Assembly (NCBI GenBank): GCA_048128005.1
Contig: JBEUKZ010000079.1
Coordinates: forward strand, 62,001-126,000
DNA: 64,000 nt
Direction: 5' to 3'
DNA from: Veleropilina oligotropha
Taxonomy: Eukaryota
Both the position numbers and the translations under genes were made by a program. A model generated the notes under the pieces. It saw only the letters and a list, made by a program, of their open reading frames with translations. It did not search any database and had not been told where the DNA came from. This document shows, piece after piece, positions 8,921-22,785 of this stretch (positions are counted from its first letter, which is position 1; each line of letters opens with the position of its first letter).

Positions 8921-11110
8921 TAGGGCTTCAAGCACTTCAGGCTTGAAGACCTATTGTTTTTATTAGAATTTCTATTCTTATTATTATTCTTATTATTATT
9001 ATTATTCCGGACGATTTTGTGTCGGCCGTAGCTCAATAACCGCTATAGCTGCTTAATTATTAGTCACCATGTATGATCATACCATACTGAAGTAGTGTGG
9101 CGCGGTTTATCAGATAGGTGGCGCTAGTGGTCTGGCGGCCATCTTGAATTACGTCATAATATCAAACCCTGGAATAACTTTGTCAATAATGAACCCGGAG
9201 CTGCATGATTTACATATTTATATACCAGCCCTTATTGTCTAGAGTGATATAAGAGCGGATTTTTGAATTTCGACTTTAGCCGGCGGCAATTTTGAATTAA
9301 AATTTTACAAATTGAAATAATTAAAAAAAAAATTTAAATAATGGAATTAGAGACATGGGTACTATAGGGAGCCTATGGGAAGTCATGGGTGGGTATTCCA
9401 AATCCACCTTGACCTTTGACCTCAGATGACCTACATTGCTCTAAATGACCTAATTAAGGAAAAATCTTAGTTTGCCTATTTGGGCCATAGAAAATGGTCA
9501 TAAAAGGGGCTAACTAGGTTAAAACTGATCCTAGAGCTTAGATATTTTAAATTAGGTCAAAAAAAAATTCGATCAAAAAAAACAAAATGGCCGCCAAAAT
9601 AATTTTTAAAATGGCCAGATCTCGAGAACTACTGGGCGTAGAATCATGAAACTACTGGCCATTCGATTCAGAGTGGCCATATGCATATTATAAAATGAAA
9701 AAAATATTTCATTAATTTTTTTTTAAATTTGAAAAAAATTAAACTTTTACAAAAATTATTTTTCTTCATTTTTGTATATTGATATTATAATTCTGAATCG
9801 AATGCCGCAAATTTCAGGTTCGTACGCCACGTACTTTTCGAGATATCTCCATTTGAACATTTTAAATTTAACCGGCGGCCATACTGAAATCAATTTAAAA
9901 TGGCTAAATCTTGGAAATGATGCAACGTAGACCCATGGTTACTATGGGGAGCCTATGGGAAGTCATGGGTGGGCTTTCGAAAATGACCTTGACCTTTGAC
10001 CTCAGGTGACCTACATTGCAGTAAATGACATAATTAAGGAAAATGCATACATGTGTGCCCATGGTGGTTGAAGTGAACTACTATTGATGTCTGTAGTCGA
10101 CATTTATCAAATTTACGTGATAAAATCGAAAAACAGGAAGTGCCTCGGCGACCATTAAAGCATTTGTTGCAAGTGGCAATATATCAAAAAGGATGCACCG
10201 CAGACACATAGTTACTATGGGGAGCCTATGGGAAGTCATGGTTCATCTTTCACATGTGACCTTGACCTTTGACCTCAGTTGACCTACATTGCAGTAAATG
10301 ACCTAATTAAGGAAAACGCCCTATTTTTGCCAGGAAATGGTCACGAAATGGCCAACTCGGTTAATATTGATGCTAGAGCTTAGATATTTTGAATGGAAAT
10401 AATAAAAAAATTCGAAAAACTTTCAATTTTAAAAAAAAAATTTAAATAAAATTTAAAATGGCTATATCTTGGAAATGATGCAACGTAGACCCATGGTTAC
10501 TATGGGGAGCCTATGGGAAGTCATGAGTGGGCTTTCGAAAATGACCTTGACCTTTGACCTCAGGTGACCTACATTGCAGGAAATGACCTAATTAAGGAAA
10601 AATGCATACATGTGTGCCCATAGTGGTTCAAGAGAACTACTATTGATGTCTGTAGTCGACATTTATCAAATTTACGTGATAAAATCGAAAAACAGGAAGT
10701 GCCTCGCCGGCCATTAAAGCATTTGTTTCAAGTGGCAATATATCAAAAAGGATGCACCGCAGACACATAGTTACTATGGGGAGCCTATGGGAAGTCATGG
10801 TTCATCTTGCACATGTGACCTTGACCTTTGACCTCAGTTGACCTACATTGCAGTAAATGACATAATTAAGGGAAACGCCCTATTTTTGCCAGAAAATGGT
10901 CACGAAATGGCCAACTCGGTTAATATTGATGCTAGAGCTTAGATATTTTGAATGGAAATAAAAAAAATTCGAAAAACTTCAATTTAAAAAAAAAATTTAA
11001 ATAAAATTTAAAAAAATTCTAAAAAATTTAGGTGTGTTTTGTGTTCAACTAATTAATGCGATAACATGGCTCTAACTTGAAGCCCTGCACAGCTGCTAGC
11101 AGCTTTAATT
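8921..11110 (+). mobile_element. Subfamily-B HINE-like element (~2.2 kb)
   Basis: Head TAGGGCTTCAAG-CACTTCAGG-CTTGAAGACCTA, divergent body starting CCGGACGA, tail CTTGAAGCCCTGCAC plus hairpin. Confidence 0.8.
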
Positions 11111-14100
11111 CTTATTATTATTATTATTCATCAGAAGTTGTGTCAAGCCTAGCCCCTAAACTGCTATAGCTGCATAGTTGTAAGTTGCCATATAGTTACT
11201 ACTATAGCTGAATTGATGCATACAACTTTTTGAGTCACATGACCGCGTCGGTTTGTCGGCCATCTTGGATTACGTCATAAACTAGCTTCTTTTATAACTT
11301 TGTTAATATTTAACCTAGAGCGACATGATTAGTATATTCGGATGCCAGAGTCGTTTGTCAAAAATGTCATGAGAGTGGATTTTTGAATTTTTAATTTAAC
11401 CGGCGGCCATAGTGAAATCAATTTAAAATGGCTATAGCTTGGAAATGATGCAACGTAGACCCATGGTTACTATGGGGAGCCTATGGGAAGTCATGGGTGG
11501 GCTTTCGAAAATGACCTTGACCTTTGACCTCAGGTGACCTATATTGCAGGAAATGACCTAATTAAGGAAAAATGCATACATGTGTGCCCATAGTGGTTGA
11601 AGTGAACTACTATTGATGTCTGTAGTCGACATTTATCAAATTTACGTGATAAAATCGAAAAACAGGAAGTGCCTCGGCGGCCATTAAAGCATTTGTTTCA
11701 AGTGGCATTATATGAAAAAGGATGCACCGCAGACACATAGTAACTATGGGGAGCCTATGGGAAGTCATGGTTCATCTTGCACATGTGACCTTGACCTTTG
11801 ACCTCAGTTGACCTACATTGCAGTAAATGACCTAATTAAGGAAAACGCCCTATTTTTCCAGAAAATGGTCACGAAATGGCCAACTCGGTTAATATTGATG
11901 CTAGAGCTTAGATATTTTGAATGGAAATAATAAAAAAATTCGATCTAAAAACTTTCAATTTTTTTTTAAAAATTTACATTTTTTTTTTTTAAATCCTAAA
12001 AAATTTAGAATATCCAGGAATATAACTTGGAGCCCTATACAGCTGCTAGCAGCTTTTATTATTATTATTATTATTCCTCGGAAGTTGTGTCAGTCCTAGC
12101 GCCTAAACTGCTATAGCTGCATAGTTGTAAGTTGCCATATAGTTAGTACTATAGCTGAATTGATGCATACAACTTTTTGAGTCACATGACCGCGTCGGTT
12201 TGTCGGCCATCTTGGATTACGTCATAAACTAGCTTCTTTTATAACTTTCTTAATATTTAACCTAGAGCGACATGATTAGTATATTCGGATGCCAGAGTCG
12301 CTTGTCAAAAATGTCATGAGAGTGGATTTTTGAATTTTTAATTTAACCGGCGGCCATAGTGAAATCAATTTAAAATGGCTATACCTTGGAAATGATGCAA
12401 CGTAGACCCATGGTTACTATGGGGAGCCTATGGGAAGTCATGGGTGGGCTTTCGAAAATGACCTTGACCTTTGACCTCAGGTGACCTACATTGCAGGAAA
12501 TGACCTAATTAAGGAAAAATGCATACATGTGTGCCCATAGTGGTTGAAGTGAACTACTATTGATGCCTGTAGTCGACATTTATCAAATTTACGTGATAAA
12601 ATAGGAAAACAGGAAGTGCCTCGGCGGCCATTAAAGCATTTGTTTCAAGTGGCAATATATCAAAAAGGATGCACCGCAGACACATAGTTGCTATGGGGAG
12701 CCTATGGGAAGTCATGGTTCATCTTTCACATGTGACCTTGACCTTTGACCTCAGTTGACCTACATTGCAGTAAATGACCTAATTAAGAGAAACGCCCTAT
12801 TTTTGCCAGAAAATGGTCACGAAATGGCCAACTCGGTTAATATTGATGCTAGAGCTTAGATATTTTGAATGAAAAAAAAAAAAAATTCGATCTAAAAACT
12901 TTCAATTTTTTTAAAAAAAATTAAAAAAAATTAAAAAAAATTCTAAATTTTTTAGAATATCCAGGAATATAACTTGGAGCCCTATACAGCTGCTAGCAGC
13001 TTTAATTATTCTTATTATTATTATTATTATTCATCAGAAGTTGTGTCAGTCCTAGCGCCTAAACTGCTATAGCTGCATAGTTGTAAGTTGCCATATAGTT
13101 ACTACTATAGCTGAATTGATGCATACAACTTTTTGAGTCACATGACCGTGTCGGTTTGTCGGCCATCTTGGATTACGTCATAATCTAGCTTCTTTTATAG
13201 CTTTGTTAATATTTAACCTAGAGCGACATGATTAGTATATTCGGATGCCAGAGTCATTTGTCAAAAATGTCATGAGAGTGAATTTTTGAATTTTTAATTT
13301 AACCGGCGGCCATAGTGAAATCAATTTAAAATGGCTATATCGTGGAAATGATGCAACGTAGACCCATGGTTACTATGGGGAGCCTATGGGAAGTCATGGG
13401 TGGGCTTTCGAAAATGACCTTGACCTTTGACCTCAGGTGACCTACATTGCAGGAAATGACCTACTTAAGGAAAAATGCATACATGTGTGCCCATAGTGGT
13501 TGAAGTGAACTACTATTGATGTCTGTAGTCGACATTTATCAAATTTACGTGATAAAATCGAAAAACAGGAAGTGCCTCGGCGGCCATTAAAGCATTTGTT
13601 GCAAGTGGCAATATATCAAAACGGATGCGCCACAGACACATAGTTACTATGGGGAGCCTATGGGAAGTCATGGTTCATCTTTCACATGTGACCTTGACCT
13701 TTGACCTCAGTTGACCTACATTGCAGTAAATGACCTAATTAAGAAAAACGCCCTATTTTTGCCAGAAAATGGTCACGAAATGGCCAACTCGGTTAATATT
13801 GATGCTAGAGCTTAGATATTTTGAATGGAAATAAAAAAAAAATTCGATATAAAAACTTTCAATTTTTTTCAAAAATTTTTAAATTTTTTTAAAAAATTCT
13901 AAAAAATTTAGAATATCCAGGAATATAACTTGGAGCCCTATACAGCTGCTAGCAGCTTTAATTATTCTTATTATTATTATTATTCAGGGAAAGTTGTGTC
14001 AGTCCTAGCGCCTAAACTGCTATAGCTGCATAGTTGTAAGTTGCCATATAGTTAGTACTATAGCTGAATTGATGCATACAACTTTTTGAGTCACATGACC

Positions 14101-16959
14101 GCGTCGGTTTGTCGGCCATCTTGTATTACATCATAAACTAGCTTCTTTTATAACTTTGTCAATATTTAACCTAGAGCAACATGATTAGTATATTCGGATG
14201 CCAGAGTCGTTTGTCAAAAATGTCATGACAGTGGATTTTTGAATTTTTAATTTAACCGGCGGCCATAGTGAAATCAATTTAAAATGGCTATATCTTGGAA
14301 ATGATGCAACGTAGACCCATGGTTACTATGGGGAGCCTATGGGAAGTCATGGGTGGGCTTTCGAAAATGACCTTGGCCTTTGACCTCAGGTGACCTACAT
14401 TGCAGGAAATGACCTAATTAAGGAAAAATGCATACATGTGTGCCCATAGTGGTTGAAGTGAACTACTATTGATGTCTGTAGTCGACATTTATCAAATTTA
14501 CGTGATAAAATCGAAAAACAGGAAGTGCCTCGCCGGCCATTAAAGCATTTGTTTCAAGTGGCAATATATGAAAAAGGATGCACCGCAGACACATAGTTAC
14601 TATGGGGAGCCTATGGGAAGTCATGGTTCATCTTTCACATGTGACCTTGACCTATGACCTCAGTTGACCTACATTGCAGTAAATGACCTAATTAAGGAAA
14701 ACGCCCTATTTTTGCCAGAAAATGGTCACGAAATGGCCAACTCGGTTAATATTGATGCTAGAGCTTAGATATTTTGAATGGAAATAATAAAAAAATTCGA
14801 TCTAAAAACTTTCAATTTTTTTAAAAAATTTGAAAAAAAATTAAAAAAATTCTAAAAAATTTAGAATATCCAGGAATATAACTTGGAGCACTATACAGCT
14901 GCTAGCAGCTTTAATTAGGGCTCCAAAAAAAATTTTTTGGAGACCTATTGTTTTTATACTTATTTTTATTCTTATTATTATTCTTATTATTCCTCGGAAG
15001 TTGTGGCAGTCCTAGCGCCTAAACTGCTATAGCTGCATAGTTGTAAGTTGCCATATAGTTACTACTATAGCTGAATTGATGCATACAACTTTTTGAGTCA
15101 CATGACCGCGTCGGTTTGTCGGCCATCTTGGATTACGTCATAAACTAGCTTCTTTTATAACTTTCTTAATATTTAACCTAGAGCGACATGATTTATATAT
15201 TCGGATGCCAAAGTCGCTTGTCTAAAATTTAATCAAAGCGGATTTTTGAATTTTTAATTTAACCGGCGGCCATAGTGAAATCAATTTAAAATGGCTATAT
15301 CTTGGAAATGATGCAACGTAGACCCATGGTTACTATGGGGAGCCTATGGGAAGTCATGGGTGGGCTTTCGAAAATGACCTTGACCTTTGACCTCAGGTGA
15401 CCTACATTGCAGGAAATGACCTAATTAAGGAAAAATGCATACATGTGTGCCCATAGTGGTTGAAGTGAACTACTATTGATGTCTGTAGTCGACATTTATC
15501 AAATTTACGTGATAAAATCGAAAAACAGGAAGTTCATCGGCGGCCATTAAAGCATTTGTTTCAAGTGGCAATATATCAAAAAGGATGCACCGCAGACACA
15601 TAGTTACTATGGGGAGCCTATGGGAAGTCATGGTTCATCTTTCACATGTGACCTTGACCTTTGACCTCAGTTGACCTACATTGCAGGATATGACCTAATT
15701 AAGGAAAAATGCATACATGTGTGCCCATAGTGGTTGAAGTGAACTACTATTGATGTCTGTAGTCGACATTTATCAAATTTACGTGATAAAATCGAAAAAT
15801 AGGAAGTGCCTCGGCGGCCATTAAAGCATTTGTTTCAAGTGGCAATATATCAAAAAGGATGCACCGCAGACACATAGTTACTATGGGGAGCCTATGGGAA
15901 GTCATGGTTCATCTTTCACATGTGACCTTGACCTTTGACCTCAGTTGACCTACATTGCAGTAAATGACCTAATTAAGGAAAACGCCCTATTTTTGCCAGA
16001 ACATGGTCACGAAATGGCCAACTCGGTTAATATTGATGCTAGAGCTTAGATATTTTGAATGGAAATAATAAAAAAATTCGAAAAACTTTCAATTTTTTTT
16101 TTTAAATTTAATTTTTTTTTTTAAATTTCTAAAATTTTTAGAATATCCAGGAATATAACTTGGAGCCCTATACAGCTGCTAGCAGCTTTAATTAGGGCTC
16201 CAAAAATTTTTTTTTGGAGACCTATTGTTTTTATGTTTATTTTTATTCTTCTTATTATTATTATTATTAGGGCTCCAAAAAATTTTTTTTGGAGACCTAT
16301 TGTTTTTATTGTGATTTTTATTATTCTTATTCTTATTATTATTCTTATTATTATTATTCTCCGGAAGTTGTATCCGCCCTAGAGCCTAAACTGCTATAGC
16401 TGCATAGTTGTAAGTTGCCATATAGTTACTACTATAGCTGAATTGATGCATACAACTTTTTGAGTCACATGACCGCGTCGGTTTGTCGGCCATCTTGGAT
16501 TACGTCATAAACTAGCTTCTTTTATAACTTTGTTAATATTTAACGTAGAGCGACACGATTTATATATTCAGATGCCAAAGTCGCTTGTCTAAAATCTTAT
16601 CAAAGCGGATTTTTGAATTTCTAATTTAACCGGCGGCCATAGTGAAATCAATTTAAAATGGCTATATCTTGGAAATGATGCAACGTAGACCCATGGTTAC
16701 TATGGGGAGCCTATGGGAAGTCATGGGTGGGCTTTCGAAAATGACCTTGACCTTTGACCTTAGGTGACCTACATTGCAGGAAATGACCTAATTAAGGGAA
16801 AATGCATACATGTGTGCCCATAGTGGTTGAAGTGAACTACTATTGATGTCTGTAGTCGACATTTATCAAATTTACGTGATAAAAGCGGAAAACAGGAAGT
16901 ACCTCGGCGGCCATTAAAGCATTTGTTGCAAGTGGCAATATATCAAAACGGATGCACCG

Positions 16960-19560
16960 CAGACACATAGTTACTATGGGGAGCCTATGGGAAGTCATGG
17001 TTCATCTTTCACATGTGACCTTGACCTTTGACCTCAGTTGACCTACATTGCAGTAAATGACCTAATTAAGAAAAACGCCCTATTTTTGCCAGAAAATGGT
17101 CACGAAATGGCCAACTCGGTTAATATTGATGCTAGAGATTGATGTCTGTAGTCGTAATTTATCAAATTTACGTGATGAAATCAAAAAAACAGGAAGTGCC
17201 TCGGCGGCCATTAAAGCATTTGTTTCAAGTGGCAATATATAAAAAAGGATGCACCGCAGACACATAGTTACTATGGGGAGCCTATGGGAAGTCATGGTTC
17301 ATTTTTCACATGTGACCTTGACCTTTGACCTCAGTTGACCTACATTGCAGCAAATGACCTAATTAAGGAAAACGCCCTATTTTTGCCAGAAAATGGTCAC
17401 GAAATGGCCAACTCGGTTAATATTGATGCTAGAGCTTAGATATTTTGAATGGAAATAATAAAAAAATTCGATCTAAAAACTTTCAATTTTTTTTAAAAAA
17501 TTTATAAAAAACTTAAAAAAATTCTAAATTTTTTTGAATATCCAGGAATATAACTTGGAGCCCTATACAGCTGCTAGCAGCTTTAATTATTATTATTATT
17601 ATTATAGTTCGGAAGTTGTGTCAAGCCTAGCGCCTAAACTGCTATAGCTGCATAGTTGTAAGTTGCCATATAGTTACTACTGTAGCTGAATTGATGCATA
17701 CAACTTTTTGAGTCACATGACCGCATCGGTTTGTCGGCCATCTTGGATTACGTCATAAACTAGCTTCTTTTATAACTTTCTTAATATTTAACCTAGAGCG
17801 ACATGATTAGTATATTCAGATGCCAAAGTCGCTTGTCAACAATCTTATCAAAGCGGATTTTTGAATTTTTAATTTAACCGGCGGCCATAGTGAAATCAAT
17901 TTAAAATGGCTATATCTTGGAAATGATGCAACGTAGACCCATGGTTACTATGGGGAGCCTATGGGAAGTCATGGGTGGGCTTTCGAAAATGACCTTGACC
18001 TTTGACCTCAGGTGACCTACATTGCAGGAAATGACCTAATTAAGGAAAAATGCATACATGTGTGCCCATAGTGGTTGAAGTGAACTACTATTGATGTCTG
18101 TAGTCGACATTTATCAAATTTACGTGATAAAATCGAAAAACAGGAAGTGCCTCGCCGGCCATTAAAGCATTTGTTTCAAGTGGCAATATATGAAAAAGGA
18201 TGCACCGCAGACACATAGTTACTATGGGGAGCCTATGGGAAGTCATGGTTCATCTTTCACATGTGACCTTGACCTTTGACCTCAGTTGACCTACATTGCA
18301 GTAAATGACCTAATTAAGAAAAACGCCCTATTTTTGCCAGAAAATGGTCACGAAATGGCCAACTCGGTTAATATTGATGCTAGAGATTGATGTCTGTAGT
18401 CGTAATTTATCAAATTTACGTGATGAAATCAAAAAAACAGGAAGTGCCTCGGCGGCCATTAAAGCATTTGTTTCAAGTGGCAATATATAAAAAAGGATGC
18501 ACCGCAGACACATAGTTACTATGGGGAGCCTATGGGAAGTCATGGTTCATTTTTCACATGTGACCTTGACCTTTGACCTCAGTTGACCTACATTGCAGCA
18601 AATGACCTAATTAAGGAAAACGCCCTATTTTTGCCAGAAAATGGTCACGAAATGGCCAACTCGGTTAATATTGATGCTAGAGCTTAGATATTTTGAATGG
18701 AAATAATAAAAAAATTCGATCTAAAAACTTTCAATTTTTTTTAAAAAATTTATAAAAAACTTAAAAAAATTCTAAATTTTTTTGAATATCCAGGAATATA
18801 ACTTGGAGCCCTATACAGCTGCTAGCAGCTTTAATTATTATTATTATTATTATAGTTCGGAAGTTGTGTCAAGCCTAGCGCCTAAACTGCTATAGCTGCA
18901 TAGTTGTAAGTTGCCATATAGTTACTACTGTAGCTGAATTGATGCATACAACTTTTTGAGTCACATGACCGCATCGGTTTGTCGGCCATCTTGGATTACG
19001 TCATAAACTAGCTTCTTTTATAACTTTCTTAATATTTAACCTAGAGCGACATGATTAGTATATTCAGATGCCAAAGTCGCTTGTCAACAATCTTATCAAA
19101 GCGGATTTTTGAATTTTTAATTTAACCGGCGGCCATAGTGAAATCAATTTAAAATGGCTATATCTTGGAAATGATGCAACGTAGACCCATGGTTACTATG
19201 GGGAGCCTATGGGAAGTCATGGGTGGGCTTTCGAAAATGACCTTGACCTTTGACCTCAGGTGACCTACATTGCAGGAAATGACCTAATTAAGGAAAAATG
19301 CATACATGTGTGCCCATAGTGGTTGAAGTGAACTACTATTGATGTCTGTAGTCGACATTTATCAAATTTACGTGATAAAATCGAAAAACAGGAAGTGCCT
19401 CGCCGGCCATTAAAGCATTTGTTTCAAGTGGCAATATATGAAAAAGGATGCACCGCAGACACATAGTTACTATGGGGAGCCTATGGGAAGTCATGGTTCA
19501 TCTTTCACATGTGACCTTGACCTTTGACCTCAGTTGACCTACATTGCAGTAAATGACCTA
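16960..19560 (+). repeat. Tandem duplication, period 1248 bp
   Basis: The same aberrant junction (GCTAGAGATTGATGTCTG) and identical spurious ORFs occur at 17080 and 18328. Boundaries approximate. Confidence 0.85.
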
Positions 19561-22085
19561 ATTAAGGAAAACGACCTATTTTTGCCAGAAAATGGTCACG
19601 AAATGGCCAACTCGGTTAATATTGATGCTAGAGCTTAGATATTTTGAATGGAAATAATAAAAAAAATCGATCTAAAAAAAACAATTTTTTTTTTAAAAAT
19701 TTAAAAAAATTTAAAAAAATTCTAAAATTTTTAGAATATCCAGGAATATAACTTGGAGCCCTATACAGCTGCTAGCAGCTTTAATTATTAGGGCTCCAAA
19801 AAAATTTTTTTGGAGACCTATTGTTTTTATATTTATTTTTATTATTCTTATTATTATTATTATTATTATTAGGGCTCCAAAAAATTTTTTTTGGAGACCT
19901 ATTGTTTTTATACTTATTTTTATTCTTATTCTTATTATTATTATTCATCAGAAGTTGTGGCCGCCCTAGCGCCAAAACGGCTATAGCTGCATAGTTGTAA
20001 GTTGCCATATAGTTACTACTGTAGCTGAATTGATGCATACAACTTTTTGAGTCACATGACCGCGTCGGTTTGTCGGCCATCTTGGATTACGTCATAAACT
20101 AGCTTCTCTTATAACTTTTTTAATATTTAACCTAGAGCGACATGATTTATATATTCGGATGCCAAAGTCGCTTGTCTAAAATTTAATCACAGAAAATTTT
20201 TGAATTTTTAATTTAACCGGCGGCCATAGTGAAATCAATTTAAAATGGCTATATTTTGGAAATGATGCAACGTAGACCCATGGTTACTATGGGGAGCCTA
20301 TGGGAAGTCATGGGTGGGCTTTCGAAAATGACCTTGACCTTTGACCTCAGGTGACCTACATTGCAGGAAATGACCTAATTAAGGAAAAATGCATACATGT
20401 GTGCCCATAGTGGTTGGATTGAACTACTATTGATGTCTGTAGTCAACATTTATCAAATTTACATGATAAAAGCGGACAACAGGAAGTGCCTCGGTGGCCA
20501 TTAAAGCATTTGTTGCAAGTGGCAATATATCAAAACGGATGCACCGCAGACACATAGTTACTATGGGGAGCCTATGGGAAGTCATGGTTCATCTTTCACA
20601 TGTGACCTTGACCTTTGACCTCAGTTGACCTACATTGCAATAAATGACCTAATTAAGGAAAAATGCATACATGTGTGCCCATAGTGGTTGAAGTGAACTA
20701 CTATTGATGTCTGTAGTCGACATTTATCAAATTTACGTGATAAAATCGAAAAACAGGAAGTGCCTCGGCGGCCATTAAAGCATTTGTTTCAAGTGGCAAT
20801 ATATCAAAAAGGATGCACCGCAGACACATAGTTACTATGGGGAGCCTATGGGAAGTCATGGTTCATCTTTCACATGTGACCTTGACCTTTGACCTCAGTT
20901 GACCTGCATTGCAGTAAATGACCTAATTAAGAAAAACGCCCTATTTTTGCCAGAAAATGGTCACGAAATGGCCAACTCGGTTAATATTGATGCTAGAGCT
21001 TAGATATTTTGAATGGAAATAATTAAAAAATTAGATCTAAAAAAAACAAAATGGCCGCCATATTTCCTTGAAAGGCCATACCTCGAGAACGACGTGTCGT
21101 ACAGACCTGAAATTTATGGCATTCCATTCAGAGTGACCTATGCATATATATCTATTAATATCATTTTATTGGAAAAAAATTTACGAAAAACTTCACTTTT
21201 TTTTATAAAATTTAAAAAAAATGTAAAAAATTCTAAAAAATTTAGAATATCCAGGAATATAACTTGGAGCCCTATACAGCTGCTAGCAGCTTTAATTATT
21301 ATTATTATTATTATTATTCAGGGAAAGTTGTGTCAGTGCTAGCGCCAAAACGGCTATAGCTGCATAGTTGTAAGTTGCCATATAGTTACTACTATAGCTG
21401 AATTGATGCATACAACTTTTTGAGTCACATGACGGCGTCGGTTTGTCGGCCATCTTGGATTACGTCATAAACTAGCTTCTCTTATAACTTTGTCAATATT
21501 TAACCTAGAGCGACATGATTTATATATTCGGATGCCAAAGTCGCTTGTCTAAAATTTAATCACAGAAAATTTTTGAATTTTTAATTTAACCGGCGGCCAT
21601 AGTGAAATCAATTTAAAATGGCTATATCTTGGAAATGATGCAACGTAGACCCATGGTTACTATGGGGAGCCTATGGGAAGTCATGGGTGGGCTTTCGAAA
21701 ATGACCTTGACCTTTGACCTCAGGTGACCTACATTGCAGGAAATGACCTAATTAAGGAAAAATGCATACATGTGTGCCCATAGTGGTTGAAGTGAACTAC
21801 TATTGATGTCTGTAGTCGACATTTATCAAATTTACGTGATAAAATCGAAAAACAGGAAGTGCCTCGGCGGCCATTAAAGCATTTGCTTCAAGTGGCAATA
21901 TATAAAAAAGGATGCACCGCAGACACATAGTTACTATGGGGAGCCTATGGGAAGTCATGGTTCATCTTTCACATGTGACCTTGACCTTTGACCTCAGTTG
22001 ACCTACATTGCAGTAAATGACCTAATTAAAAAAAACGCTGATTTTTGAATTTTTAATTTAACCGGCGGCCATAGTGAAATCAATT

Positions 22086-22785
22086 ATATTAAGCGTCCAT
22101 ACACCCCTATTTGTTACCCAAATTATATCGTGGAAAATTTTTAATTTGGCCGAAATTCACCTATTACCACTGTTAGTTAACAGTGGTAATAGGTGCTTCC
22201 TAATCTCCGTATTGCATCGCATTGCTTGGCTTAATACATTTTTCCACGATATAATTTGGGTACTTAATAGGGGTGTGTGGACGCTTAATATAATTTTTAT
22301 CGTATAACTTCATACGACGTGTTCAAGCTAGAATGATATATTAATCATTTCCGTTAGCGTTTAAACTCTGTATGTGAAAATAATCGCCCATACACCCCTA
22401 TTAGTTAACAGTGGTAATAGGTGAATTTCGGCCAAATTTTATTTTTAACACCTATTACCACCTATCACCAGGAATGCTTGTTGACCAATTAGGAAGCATC
22501 CTTATGATTCGTAGAATCCTATCTTTATTCCTCCTAGACGTGTGGTTTTGGCTTTGGTCATGCGGATTATATAGAGAAGCAATTTGTGAGGTCTCCGTAT
22601 TGCATCGCATCGCATGGCTTAATACATTTTTCCAAATTATATCGTGGAAAAATTTAAATTTGGCCGAAATTCACCTATTACCACTGTTAACTAATAGGGT
22701 TGTATGGGCGATTATTTTCACATACAGAGTTTAAACGCTAATGGAAATGATTAATATATCATTATATGATGATAATTAACGAAAC
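22086..22785. repeat. 700-bp foldback-rich insert (copy 1)
   Basis: Inverted arms 22082-22137/22240-22295, perfect hairpin 22158-22195, ~108-bp arms 22332-22439/22656-22763. Unrelated to the array unit. Confidence 0.85.

Noticed and set aside
22074..22734. ORFs in the foldback insert
   Set aside because: GTG starts, and the repeated peptides just mirror reshuffled DNA modules.
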